Origin: Longimicrobiales bacterium | Lineage (GTDB): Bacteria; Gemmatimonadota; Gemmatimonadetes; Longimicrobiales; Gaopeijiaceae | NCBI GenBank assembly: GCA_965202805.1 | Contig: OZ241869.1 | Coordinates: 800,001 to 864,000, forward strand | Direction: 5' to 3' | Length of the DNA stretch: 64,000 nucleotides | Shown here: positions 53,230 through 62,800 of the stretch, one piece after another | How the letters are laid out: each line of letters begins with the position of its first letter | Position numbering within the stretch: the stretch's first letter is position 1 | Program-made: the position numbers and the translations under genes | The notes under the pieces: generated by a model | Told to the model about the DNA's origin: nothing | The model's input: the letters and a program-made list of their open reading frames with translations, nothing else | Database searches by the model: none

Positions 53230-54503
53230 CGCGGCGGACGGTGGAGATCCCGCTGGCGCGGGGCGCGGAGATGGGGATGGACGCCCGGCCCGCGATGGGG
53301 CCGCTGGCGCCCGTCGATGTCGCGGAGCCCGACATCGGCTCCGAGCAGATGCTCATCAACATCGGGCCCCAGCACCCCGCGACGCACGGCGTGCTCAGGC
53401 TCATCTGCGAGCTGGACGGAGAGACCGTGGTGTCGGTCACGCCGCACATCGGATACCTGCACTCCTCCTTCGAGAAGCTGGGCGAGTACCGAACGTACAA
53501 CCAGATCGTGCCGCTGACCGACCGCATGGACTACCTGGCGCCGCTCATCTACAACTGCGCCTACGCGATGGCGGTCGAGAGGCTGATGGGCATCGAGGTC
53601 ACGGAGCGCTGCAAGGTGGTGCGGGTGATCTGCCTCGAGCTGGACCGCATCTTCTCGCACCTGCTCTGGCTGGGAACCACCGCCATCGACGTCGGCGCCT
53701 TCACACCCTTCCTGTACGCGTTCCAGGAACGGGAGCGCATCTACCAGCTGCACGAGGAGCTCACCGGCGCCCGCATCACGACCTCCGCCACCCGCATCGG
53801 GGGCATGATGTCGGACCTGCCGCCCGGCTGGGCGGAAGGCGTGCGCGGCTTCATCGACACCTTCCCCCGCACCCTGAACGAGATCGACTCGCTGCTCACC
53901 ACCAACGCGATCCATCAGGGCCGCACCATCGACATCGGCGCCATCGGTCCGGAAGACGCGGTCGACTGCGGTCTGACCGGTCCCAACCTGCGCGCCAGCG
54001 GGGTCGACTACGACGTGCGCAAGGACCTGCCCTACTACGACTACGAGACCTACGACTTCGAGGTCCCGGTCGGTGAGAACGGCGACTGCTACGACCGCTA
54101 CCTGGTGCGCATGGAGGAGATGCGACAGAGCGTGGCCATCCTGCACCAGGCCCTGGACCGCCTCCCGGACGGTCCCATCAACGTCGAAGACCCGCGCATC
54201 AGCCTGCCGAGCAAGACCGACTGCATGAACGACATGGAGTCGATGATCCACCACTTCAAGCTGATCATGGACGGCATCAGCGCGCCCGCCGAGGACTGCT
54301 ACTTCGCCGTGGAAGGTTCCAAGGGGGAACTGGGCATGTACCTGGTGGGAGACGGTGGGCCGAAGCCGGTGCGCTGGCGCATCCGCCCGCCGTCCTTCGT
54401 CAACCTGTCCGCGATCGCGAAGCTGGCCGAGGGGCATCTGGTGGCCGACCTCATCATGATCAACGCGAGCCTGGACATCGTCCTGGGCGAGATCGACCGA
54501 TGA
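53226..54503 (+). CDS. nuoD: NADH-quinone oxidoreductase subunit D
   Basis: NIGPQHPATHGVLR, DRMDY, EGSKGELG and DIVLGEIDR motifs. Confidence 0.97.
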   Translation: MTRRTVEIPLARGAEMGMDARPAMGPLAPVDVAEPDIGSEQMLINIGPQHPATHGVLRLICELDGETVVSVTPHIGYLHSSFEKLGEYRTYNQIVPLTDRMDYLAPLIYNCAYAMAVERLMGIEVTERCKVVRVICLELDRIFSHLLWLGTTAIDVGAFTPFLYAFQERERIYQLHEELTGARITTSATRIGGMMSDLPPGWAEGVRGFIDTFPRTLNEIDSLLTTNAIHQGRTIDIGAIGPEDAVDCGLTGPNLRASGVDYDVRKDLPYYDYETYDFEVPVGENGDCYDRYLVRMEEMRQSVAILHQALDRLPDGPINVEDPRISLPSKTDCMNDMESMIHHFKLIMDGISAPAEDCYFAVEGSKGELGMYLVGDGGPKPVRWRIRPPSFVNLSAIAKLAEGHLVADLIMINASLDIVLGEIDR

Positions 54504-55162
54504 GCGCTCCCACCCGCGTGCCGTTCCGCAACCCCGGCTGGGCCGGCAACACGGGAGAGTTCGACCTCACCGAGGCCGACGTGCGCGGCACCGACTTCGT
54601 GGGCGAGCGGCCTCTCGACGGGGGCCATGAATCGGCTGCCCCCTCGTATCCCTACATGCTCCCCGACAAGGATCCGGACGCGGTGCTCTTCGAGGGCCCG
54701 TACAGGGAGCGGTTCGAGAAGATTCGCTCGCGCTACCCCACCGCGCGCGCCGCTCTCATCCCCGCGCTCAACCTGGCCCAGGAGCTGCGCGGCCACATCT
54801 CCCCCGAGACGATGGACGAGGTGGCGGCGCTTCTCGGCCTGGCGTCGGCCGAGGTGCGGGGTACGGTCACCTTCTACACGATGTACAACAAGCGGCCGGT
54901 GGGACGATTCCTCATCCAGGTCTGCACCAACATCAGCTGCAGCCTGTGCAAGGGCGAGGACGTGCTGAAGGCCTTCCTCCGACACACGGGCACGGAGTTG
55001 GGAGAGACGTCGGCGGACGGCGACTTCACCGTCATCGAGGTGGAGTGCCTGGCTGCGTGCGGCTTCCCGGTCGCCGTGCAGATCAACTCCCGCTACTACG
55101 AGAACGTGCTGCCGGACGATGTGCCCGCGCTCCTCGAGCGTCTCAGGGAGCACGGCGAGTAG
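54500..55162 (+). CDS. nuoE: NADH-quinone oxidoreductase subunit E
   Basis: TFYTMY; VCTNISCSL and ECLAAC supply the N1a 2Fe-2S ligands. Confidence 0.95.
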   Translation: MSAPTRVPFRNPGWAGNTGEFDLTEADVRGTDFVGERPLDGGHESAAPSYPYMLPDKDPDAVLFEGPYRERFEKIRSRYPTARAALIPALNLAQELRGHISPETMDEVAALLGLASAEVRGTVTFYTMYNKRPVGRFLIQVCTNISCSLCKGEDVLKAFLRHTGTELGETSADGDFTVIEVECLAACGFPVAVQINSRYYENVLPDDVPALLERLREHGE

Positions 55163-56455
55163 ATGGCCTACCCGTACGTGCATGAGCGCGAGGTGCGCGT
55201 GATCTCGCGCAACTTCGGGGATCCCGCGGCGCGCACGCTCGGCGGATACCGGGAACGGGACGGGTACCTGGGACTGGAGCGCGCCTTCGAGATCGGCCCG
55301 GCCGCAGTGATCGAAGAGGTCAAGGCATCGGGACTGCGGGGCAGGGGAGGGGCGGGCTTCCCCACGGGGCTGAAATGGAGCTTCATGCCGAAGGCCGCGG
55401 TCAAGCCTCACTATCTCCTGTGCAACGCCGACGAATCCGAGCCGGGCACCTTCAAGGACCGCGAACTGATCCGCTGGGATCCGCATCAGCTCATCGAGGG
55501 ATGCCTGATCGCCGCGTACGCGATGGGCTCCCGGCACGCATACATCTACCTGCGGGGCGAGTTCTTCGAAGCCAGCCAGGTCATCGCGCGCGCGGCCGAG
55601 GAGGCGTACGAGGGAGGATTCGCGGGCGAGGACATCCTCGGCTCGGGGATCCACATCGACGTCACCGTCCACGTGGGCGCGGGCGCCTATATCTGCGGTG
55701 AAGAGACCGGGCTCATGAATTCCCTCGAGGGCCGGCGCGGGGAGCCGCGGGTGAAGCCGCCCTTCCCGGCCGCGGTGGGCGTGTATTCCATGCCCACCAC
55801 CATCAACAACGTCGAAACGCTGGCGGCGGTGCCCCATATCGTACGGCACGGAGGCGAGTGGTACCGGCAGTGGGGCACCGACAAGTCCCCCGGCACCAAG
55901 CTCTTCTGCGTGAGCGGCCATGTGGAGAAGCCCGGCAACTACGAGCTGCCGCTGGGCTTTCCGATGATGGAGCTGATCGAGGACGTGTGCGGCGGCATGG
56001 CGGAGGGGCGGGCGCTCAAGTCCGTGATCCCGGGCGGCAGTTCGGTACCGCTCATGGATGCGGAGGATTGCAGGGAATGCACGCTTTGCTATGAGGGAGT
56101 GGAGGCCGCCGGTTCGATGCTCGGCTGCGCTTCGGTCATCGTGATGGACGACCGCACCGACATCGTTCGGGAAGTGCGGCGCATGGTGCAGTTCTACGCG
56201 CACGAGTCGTGCGGCCAGTGCACGCCCTGCCGCGAGGGCACCTCCTGGATGACGCAGGTGCTTCGCCGCATCGAGGCCGGCAGGGGCACCGAGTCCGACC
56301 TGGACACCCTGCTCGACATGAGCGCGCAGATGACCGGCACCACGATCTGCGTGCTCTCCGATTCGGCGGCGGCCCCGGTCGTCTCCTCCATCGAGAAGTT
56401 CAGGGACGAATACCTGGCCCTGATCCACGGCGGCGCCACCGCGGAGGTCGCGTGA
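55163..56455 (+). CDS. nuoF: NADH-quinone oxidoreductase subunit F
   Basis: GLRGRGGAGFPTG, NADESEPGTFKDR, GAGAYICGEET and ESCGQCTPCREG motifs. Confidence 0.97.
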   Translation: MAYPYVHEREVRVISRNFGDPAARTLGGYRERDGYLGLERAFEIGPAAVIEEVKASGLRGRGGAGFPTGLKWSFMPKAAVKPHYLLCNADESEPGTFKDRELIRWDPHQLIEGCLIAAYAMGSRHAYIYLRGEFFEASQVIARAAEEAYEGGFAGEDILGSGIHIDVTVHVGAGAYICGEETGLMNSLEGRRGEPRVKPPFPAAVGVYSMPTTINNVETLAAVPHIVRHGGEWYRQWGTDKSPGTKLFCVSGHVEKPGNYELPLGFPMMELIEDVCGGMAEGRALKSVIPGGSSVPLMDAEDCRECTLCYEGVEAAGSMLGCASVIVMDDRTDIVREVRRMVQFYAHESCGQCTPCREGTSWMTQVLRRIEAGRGTESDLDTLLDMSAQMTGTTICVLSDSAAAPVVSSIEKFRDEYLALIHGGATAEVA

Positions 56456-58044
56456 GCACGGTCACCCTGACCATCGATGGCCGCCGGGTCACGGTCCCGG
56501 AGGGCACCTCGCTGCTGCATGCGGCCGAGGAAATCGGCGTGGAGGTGCCGCACTACTGCTATCATCCCGCGCTTTCCGCGCCCGCCCAGTGCCGCCTCTG
56601 CCTGGTGGACGTGGAGGGCGCCCCCAAGCCCATGCCCTCCTGCGTCACCCAGGCCCAGGACGGCCAGGTGGTGCGCACCGACGAGGGGCTGGCGCGCGAG
56701 ATGCGCAAGGGTGTGCTCGAGTTCTACCTCATCAACCACCCGCTGGACTGTCCCATCTGCGACCAGTCCGGGGAGTGCAAGCTGCAGGATTACGTTCACT
56801 CCGAGGGCCGGGCACACGGCCGCGGCGTCGAGCCCAAGCGCGTGTTCGGCCGCGACGACTTCGGGGGCGACATCCTCTTCTACGGCGACCGCTGCGTCAT
56901 GTGCACGCGCTGCGTGCGCTTCATGGAGGAAATGGCGCAGGATCCCGTGCTGACGGTGGTGGAGCGGGGCGACCGCGCGGTCATCGACACCTTCTTCGAG
57001 CAGGGTCTCAGGGACTCGCCCTACTCCGGCAACATCGTCGACATCTGCCCGGTGGGCGCGCTGGTCTCAAAGGACTTCCTGCACAAGGCGCGTGCCTGGG
57101 ACCTCGACCACACCCCGTCGGTGTGCCCCAACTGTTCGCAGGGGTGCAATGTAGACATCCACACCCGCGACAACGTGGTGCATCGGCTCAAGCCGCGGGA
57201 GAATCCGGAGGTCAACGGCCACTGGATGTGCGACTACGGCCGCGACCGTTACGAGTGGATGAACCGGAGCGACCGTATCGAGGAACCCTTCGTGCGCGGG
57301 GACGACGGCTGGTCGGCGCCGGGTTGGCACGCGGTTCTCGCTTCGCTGCGGGAGCGGCTCGAAGCATGTCGGGGCGCCGTCAATGCGGTCGCTTCGGCGC
57401 ACGCATCCAACGAGGACCTGGGCGCCCTCCGCGAGTTCGTGGAACAGCTCGGTGGAGGCGACATCGTGTACCGCTCGCCGAGAGCTCCGGACGAGGTCCC
57501 CTTGCCCGGCTTCCCCGTGCTGACTCGCCGCCGCGATCTGGCGCCCAACAGGCGCGGCGCCGAACTGCTGGGGCTGCGCCGGGTGGGAAGCGACGAGGCC
57601 ACCGGAGGACTGGACGAGGTGGCGGACGGCGCCGGCGTGCTGATCGTGCTGGGCGACGAGCTGGCCGACCAGCCGGAGGACTTCGGCTCCCGGGCGGAAC
57701 TCTTCGTCTACCTCGGAGCCCACCCGGCGCCGGCGGCCCGCAACGCGCACTTCGTGCTCCCGGTCACCACCTTCGCGGAGCAGGAGGGGACGTTCACCAA
57801 CGTGCAGACACGGGTGCAGCGCTTCGAGCCCGCGCTCAGGCCCGCCGGGGACGCCCAGCCCGCATGGCAGGTGCTCGGTTCACTGGCCGCTGCCCTGTCG
57901 GGGGAGCCGGCGCCGGCGAGCGCGTCGGACGCCTTCGCCCGGCTCGCGGGACGGGTGGCGGAGTACGAAGGGCTCGGCTACGACCGGATCGGGGCGCGAG
58001 GCGCGCCCGCGGACCGTCCCGCGGCCCTCGCGGGAGAACGATGA
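56452..58044 (+). CDS. nuoG: NADH-quinone oxidoreductase subunit G (compact, about 530 aa)
   Basis: CYHP..CRLC, HPLDCPICDQSGEC, CVMCTRC..CPVGAL and CPNCSQGC..C motifs. Confidence 0.94.
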   Translation: MSTVTLTIDGRRVTVPEGTSLLHAAEEIGVEVPHYCYHPALSAPAQCRLCLVDVEGAPKPMPSCVTQAQDGQVVRTDEGLAREMRKGVLEFYLINHPLDCPICDQSGECKLQDYVHSEGRAHGRGVEPKRVFGRDDFGGDILFYGDRCVMCTRCVRFMEEMAQDPVLTVVERGDRAVIDTFFEQGLRDSPYSGNIVDICPVGALVSKDFLHKARAWDLDHTPSVCPNCSQGCNVDIHTRDNVVHRLKPRENPEVNGHWMCDYGRDRYEWMNRSDRIEEPFVRGDDGWSAPGWHAVLASLRERLEACRGAVNAVASAHASNEDLGALREFVEQLGGGDIVYRSPRAPDEVPLPGFPVLTRRRDLAPNRRGAELLGLRRVGSDEATGGLDEVADGAGVLIVLGDELADQPEDFGSRAELFVYLGAHPAPAARNAHFVLPVTTFAEQEGTFTNVQTRVQRFEPALRPAGDAQPAWQVLGSLAAALSGEPAPASASDAFARLAGRVAEYEGLGYDRIGARGAPADRPAALAGER

Positions 58045-59300
58045 ACGAGCTCTCGCCCACGGTTTTCCTGATTGCGGCAGCCGTCAAGGTTCTGGCCGTC
58101 TTCACGGCGCTCATGGTGGCGATCATGTACGCCACCTGGGCCGAACGGCGCCTCTCGGCCTTCATCCAGGATCGCCTGGGGCCGAACCGGGTGGGCCCGT
58201 TCGGGCTCCTGCAGCCCATCGCCGACGGGGTCAAGAACATCATCAAGGAAGAAACCAGCCCGGCCACCGCGTCGCGCTTCTTCTTCGTTCTGGGCCCGAT
58301 GCTGTCGATCATGCCGGCGCTCGTCACCTTCGCAGTGATTCCCTTCGCGGCCCCGTTGCCCACCCCGTGGGGGACGGTGGACATGATCGTCGCCGACCTC
58401 CCCGTGGGGGTGCTCTACATCCTCGCCATCAGCTCGCTCGGCGTGTACGGGATCTTCCTGGGAGGATGGTCCTCCAACAACAAGTACGCGTTGCTGGGCG
58501 GCCTGCGTGCCTCCGCCCAGATGGTGAGCTACGAGGTCGGCCTGGGGCTCTCGCTGATCCCGGTCATGATGCTGGCGGGCAACGTCACGCTCACCCGGAT
58601 GGTGGCCGATCAGCAGCTGGGGCTGTGGTACATCCTCCCCCTGTCGCTCGGCTTCCTGCTCTTCCTGATCTCGGCGTTCGCGGAGACCAACCGGCTGCCC
58701 TTCGACATGCCGGAGGCCGAGTCCGAACTCGTGACCGGATATCACACCGAGTACTCGTCGATGAAGTTCAGCATGTTCTTCATCGCCGAATACGCGCACG
58801 TGATCACCGCCTCGGCGCTCATGGCAACCCTGTTCCTGGGGGGCTGGGACATTCCCTTCTGGACGGGAGACAACTTCATCCCGCACGAAGGCGCGCTCAT
58901 CTCCGGCTTCACGGCGGCCGGTGAGCCCGTCCCCGCGCAGCTGTCCATCTGGACCACGCTGCTCACCCTGGGCGCCTTCATGGTCAAGACCACCTTCTTC
59001 GTAGTGCTCTACATCTGGGTGCGCTGGACCCTTCCGCGCTTCCGCTACGATCAGGTCATGCACCTGGGGTGGAAGGTGATGCTGCCCACCGCGCTCGCCT
59101 ACGTCATGCTCGTCGGCGGCACCATCCTGGTGCTGGATCAGCTGGGTGTGTCCGGCGGCCCGGGCTTCGCCCTGGCGCTGACCGCGGTGAGCCTCGTCGC
59201 CACCGGCATGTTCGCCCTGTACCTCGACCGCGGCCGGATCATCACCGGAGCCGCGCCCGCAGGCCGCGCCGCCAGCATGGCGCCGGCCGGCAACCCGTGA
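58041..59300 (+). CDS. nuoH: NADH-quinone oxidoreductase subunit H
   Basis: QDRLGPNRVG, QPIADGVK, AETNRLPFDMPEAESELV and RFRYDQ motifs. Confidence 0.97.
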   Translation: MNELSPTVFLIAAAVKVLAVFTALMVAIMYATWAERRLSAFIQDRLGPNRVGPFGLLQPIADGVKNIIKEETSPATASRFFFVLGPMLSIMPALVTFAVIPFAAPLPTPWGTVDMIVADLPVGVLYILAISSLGVYGIFLGGWSSNNKYALLGGLRASAQMVSYEVGLGLSLIPVMMLAGNVTLTRMVADQQLGLWYILPLSLGFLLFLISAFAETNRLPFDMPEAESELVTGYHTEYSSMKFSMFFIAEYAHVITASALMATLFLGGWDIPFWTGDNFIPHEGALISGFTAAGEPVPAQLSIWTTLLTLGAFMVKTTFFVVLYIWVRWTLPRFRYDQVMHLGWKVMLPTALAYVMLVGGTILVLDQLGVSGGPGFALALTAVSLVATGMFALYLDRGRIITGAAPAGRAASMAPAGNP

Positions 59301-59316
59301 ACCCGGGGGAGTCGCC

Positions 59317-59817
59317 ATGGCCATATCGGTGAAGCTGGTGCGCAGGCCGGAAGCGGCCCGGAGCTCGTACCTGAGAGCTGCCCTCAAGGGGATGTCGCTG
59401 ACCTTCCGGCACATGGTGAATCCCCGCAAGGTGACCCGCAGCTATCCGGAGGAGCCCACGGAGCTCCATCCCCGCTGGCGCGGCACCCACCGCATGGAGG
59501 TGCACGCGGACGGGCGCCCCAAGTGCGTGGCCTGCGGCCTGTGTCCCACGGTCTGCCCGGCCAACTGCATCCGCCTGGTCGGGGGTGAGGACGATCAGGG
59601 CAACCGCTACCCCATCGTCTACGAGATCGACGAGTTCCGCTGCATCTTCTGCGGCATGTGCCAGGAGGTGTGCCCGGTGGAGGCGATCCACGTCGGCCAG
59701 CACTTCGAGAACGCCGAGTATACGCGCGAGCGCTTCGTCTACGACCTGGACCGTCTGATGGAGCAGGAGCACCCGGTCACCGCGCTCTGGGACCCCTCCG
59801 ATCCCGCTTCGGAGTGA
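59317..59817 (+). CDS. nuoI: NADH-quinone oxidoreductase subunit I
   Basis: Two CxxCxxCxxxCP motifs. Confidence 0.97.
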   Translation: MAISVKLVRRPEAARSSYLRAALKGMSLTFRHMVNPRKVTRSYPEEPTELHPRWRGTHRMEVHADGRPKCVACGLCPTVCPANCIRLVGGEDDQGNRYPIVYEIDEFRCIFCGMCQEVCPVEAIHVGQHFENAEYTRERFVYDLDRLMEQEHPVTALWDPSDPASE

Positions 59818-59821
59818 GGGA

Positions 59822-60346
59822 ATGGAGCTGATCCTCTTCTACGTCTTCGCCGTGACCGTGGTGGGCGGAGGCATCGGGGTCGTGGCGAGCCGGAATCCGG
59901 TGGCCAGCCTCATGTTCATGGTCGTGTCGCTTGCGAGCGTGGCCGGCATCTACGTGCTGCTGGAAGCGCATTTTCTGGCCGCCATCCAGGTGATGGTCTA
60001 CGCCGGCGCCATCATGGTGCTCTTCCTGTTCGTGATCATGCTCCTGAACCTGGGGCACGACTACAGGGACGACCTGGTGCGCGGGCTTTACGCCGTGTGC
60101 GCCTTCGTCGCCTCCGGGGCGATCTGCGGTCTGCTGGCGACCCGGTTCGGCGGGGCGGAGTCGAGCGCGCTGTACGAGAGCTTCCCCGGCGCCGCGGGGA
60201 TGGACCTGGAGCTTGCCGAACGGGGCGCGGTGTCGCTGATCGCGCGGCCGCTCTTTCAGGAATACGTGGTTCCCTTCGAGATCACCGGCATCCTGCTGCT
60301 GGTCGCCGTCGTGGGGGCCGTCGCGCTGGCGAAGAAGCGGGTATGA
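59822..60346 (+). CDS. nuoJ: NADH-quinone oxidoreductase subunit J
   Basis: [20 protein letters not shown] and [10 protein letters not shown] motifs. Confidence 0.96.
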   Translation: MELILFYVFAVTVVGGGIGVVASRNPVASLMFMVVSLASVAGIYVLLEAHFLAAIQVMVYAGAIMVLFLFVIMLLNLGHDYRDDLVRGLYAVCAFVASGAICGLLATRFGGAESSALYESFPGAAGMDLELAERGAVSLIARPLFQEYVVPFEITGILLLVAVVGAVALAKKRV

Positions 60347-60356
60347 GGAGCGGCGC

Positions 60357-60650
60357 GTGCTGACCGAGGCCCTGACCACCAGCGCCCTGCTGTTCGTGAT
60401 CGGCACGTTCGGGGTGCTGGTGCGCCGCAACGCCATCATCATGTTCCTCTGCATCGAGCTCCAGTTGAACGCGGTGAACCTGGCCCTGGTGGCGTTTTCC
60501 CGGTACGTGGGCGTGGAGGGGCAGGTCTTCGTCTTCTTCGTCATGACGGTGGCGGCCGCGGAAGCCGCCGTCGGGCTGGCGATCATCATCTCCATCTTCC
60601 GGCACTACCGGACGGTCAATGTCGACAACTTCAACCTGCTCAAGTGGTAG
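60357..60650 (+). CDS. nuoK: NADH-quinone oxidoreductase subunit K
   Basis: [10 protein letters not shown] and [11 protein letters not shown] motifs. Confidence 0.97.
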   Translation: MLTEALTTSALLFVIGTFGVLVRRNAIIMFLCIELQLNAVNLALVAFSRYVGVEGQVFVFFVMTVAAAEAAVGLAIIISIFRHYRTVNVDNFNLLKW

Positions 60651-60654
60651 GTAG

Positions 60655-62790
60655 ATGACGCTCGCGCCGCTCTCCGGGCTCCTCCAGGAAGGCGCCCAGC
60701 CGGCAGTGTACGAGCCGGTCCTGCCCGGGCTCATCGTCCTGCTGCCCCTGCTGGGCTTCCTGGTCAACGGCGTTCTCGCGATGCGGGTGGGCGCGCGGGC
60801 GGCTGCCGCGGTGCGCGCGGGCGCCGACGGGGCGGAGCACCAGGACGACGGGCACAAGCGCTGGGTCACCCTGGTGGGGCCGGGGGTGGTCGGGCTCTCC
60901 TTCGTGCTCGTGCTCCTCAACTTCGCGGGGATGTTCCACGCGGATCTGCACGACCCCGTGGTGGTGAGCTACTGGAGCTGGATGGTCACCGGGGCACTGG
61001 AGGTGGACGCGGCGCTGCAGCTGGACCAGCTCAGCATGATCATGATGCTGGTGGTGACCGGCGTCGGCTTCCTGATCCACGTGTTCAGCGTCGGGTACAT
61101 GCACGACGACCCCGGCTACGCGCGCTATTTCTCCTACCTGAACCTCTTCGTCTTCTTCATGCTGGTGCTCGTCCTGGGGGCGAGCTTCCCGGTCATGTTC
61201 GTGGGATGGGAGGGAGTGGGGCTGTGCAGCTACCTGCTGATCGGCTTCTGGTTCCAGGACCGGGAGAAGTCCGACGCCGGCAAGAAGGCCTTCATCGTCA
61301 ACCGCATCGGCGATTTCGGCTTCCTGGTGGCGATGTTCCTGGTGTTCACCACCTTCGGCACCCTGGCCTTCGCGGAAGTCTTCCCCGAGGCTCCGGCGCT
61401 GCTCGAGTACGGTGGGGCCACCGTCACCGCGATCACGCTCTTCCTCTTCCTGGGGGCAGCGGGCAAGAGCGCGCAGATCCCGCTCTACGTATGGCTGCCG
61501 GACGCGATGGCCGGCCCCACCCCGGTCTCCGCCCTGATCCACGCCGCGACCATGGTGACCGCGGGCGTCTACATGGTCGCTCGCATGGCCGTGCTCTTCG
61601 CGCTCGCACCGGTGAGCAGCGCGGTCGTGGCCACGGTGGGCGTGCTGACCGCGCTGCTCGCCGCCACCATCGCGCTGGCGCAGTACGACATCAAGAAGGT
61701 GCTCGCCTACTCCACCATTTCCCAGCTGGGCTACATGTTCCTGGGCGTGGGCGTGGGCGCCTGGGCCGCCGGCATCTTCCACCTCATGACGCACGCCTTC
61801 TTCAAGGCGCTGCTCTTCCTGGGGTCGGGCGCGGTGATTCACGCGATGCACCATGCGCTGCACGGCACGCACAGCCACGCCGACCCGCAGGACATGCGCA
61901 ACATGGGCGGATTGCGCGCCTCGATGCCGGTCACATGGATCACGATGTGGATCGCGACGCTGGCGATCGCCGGGGTCTGGCCGCTGGCCGGGTTCTTCTC
62001 GAAGGACGAGATCATCTGGTACGCCGGACTGGCCGCCTCCTCGAGCTATCCGGTGCTCTTCACGGTCCTCTGGGTGCTCGCGCTGGCGACCGCGCTGCTC
62101 ACCGCCGTCTACATGACCCGCCTGATGGTGATGACCTTCCACGGCGCCAACCGCACGGGACGCGAGGAGGCGCGGCATCTGCACGAAGCGCCCCGGGTCA
62201 TGACCATCCCGCTGATCGCGCTGGCGGTCCTGTCGATCGTCGGCGGGTGGGTCAACGTGCCTGAGGAAGTGGCCGCTTCGGTGCTCGGGCTGGCGGGTGC
62301 GCTCCCCACCTCGGAGTGGCTGCACCACTGGCTGGAACCCATCACGGCCAGCGCCGCGGCAGTCCGCTACGAGCACCTGGGCGAGCCCGCCCACGTCGCG
62401 CCCATCGGGGGAGGTGAGGTGCTCTGGGCCGGCCTGTCCACCCTGGCGGCGCTGGCACTGGTGCTGGTCACCACGCGTGCGGCCAGCGGCTGGAAGCTCG
62501 TCCCCGCCGCCGAGGCTGCCGCGCCCGCGGGCTTCAGGAACGTGCTCTTCAACAAGTGGTACGTCGACGAGTTCTACGACCGCTTCGTGGTCCAGCCCAT
62601 CCTCGCGGCTTCCCGCTTCGCCTGGCGCGTCATCGACGCCGTCCTGATCGACGGCACGGTCAACGGGGTCGGGCTGGTGACCCGGGCCGGAGGCACCCTC
62701 GTGAGCCTCTTCCAGACGGGCCAGGTCAACACCTACGCTCTCGTCCTCACCCTCGGGGTCCTCGCGATCCTGGGCTTCGTGGTGTTCTAG
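60655..62790 (+). CDS. nuoL: NADH-quinone oxidoreductase subunit L
   Basis: GWEGVGLCSYLLIGFW, KSAQIPL..WLPDAMAGPTPVSALIHAATM and HAFFKA motifs. Confidence 0.97.
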   Translation: MTLAPLSGLLQEGAQPAVYEPVLPGLIVLLPLLGFLVNGVLAMRVGARAAAAVRAGADGAEHQDDGHKRWVTLVGPGVVGLSFVLVLLNFAGMFHADLHDPVVVSYWSWMVTGALEVDAALQLDQLSMIMMLVVTGVGFLIHVFSVGYMHDDPGYARYFSYLNLFVFFMLVLVLGASFPVMFVGWEGVGLCSYLLIGFWFQDREKSDAGKKAFIVNRIGDFGFLVAMFLVFTTFGTLAFAEVFPEAPALLEYGGATVTAITLFLFLGAAGKSAQIPLYVWLPDAMAGPTPVSALIHAATMVTAGVYMVARMAVLFALAPVSSAVVATVGVLTALLAATIALAQYDIKKVLAYSTISQLGYMFLGVGVGAWAAGIFHLMTHAFFKALLFLGSGAVIHAMHHALHGTHSHADPQDMRNMGGLRASMPVTWITMWIATLAIAGVWPLAGFFSKDEIIWYAGLAASSSYPVLFTVLWVLALATALLTAVYMTRLMVMTFHGANRTGREEARHLHEAPRVMTIPLIALAVLSIVGGWVNVPEEVAASVLGLAGALPTSEWLHHWLEPITASAAAVRYEHLGEPAHVAPIGGGEVLWAGLSTLAALALVLVTTRAASGWKLVPAAEAAAPAGFRNVLFNKWYVDEFYDRFVVQPILAASRFAWRVIDAVLIDGTVNGVGLVTRAGGTLVSLFQTGQVNTYALVLTLGVLAILGFVVF

Positions 62791-62800
62791 GGGAGATGCC

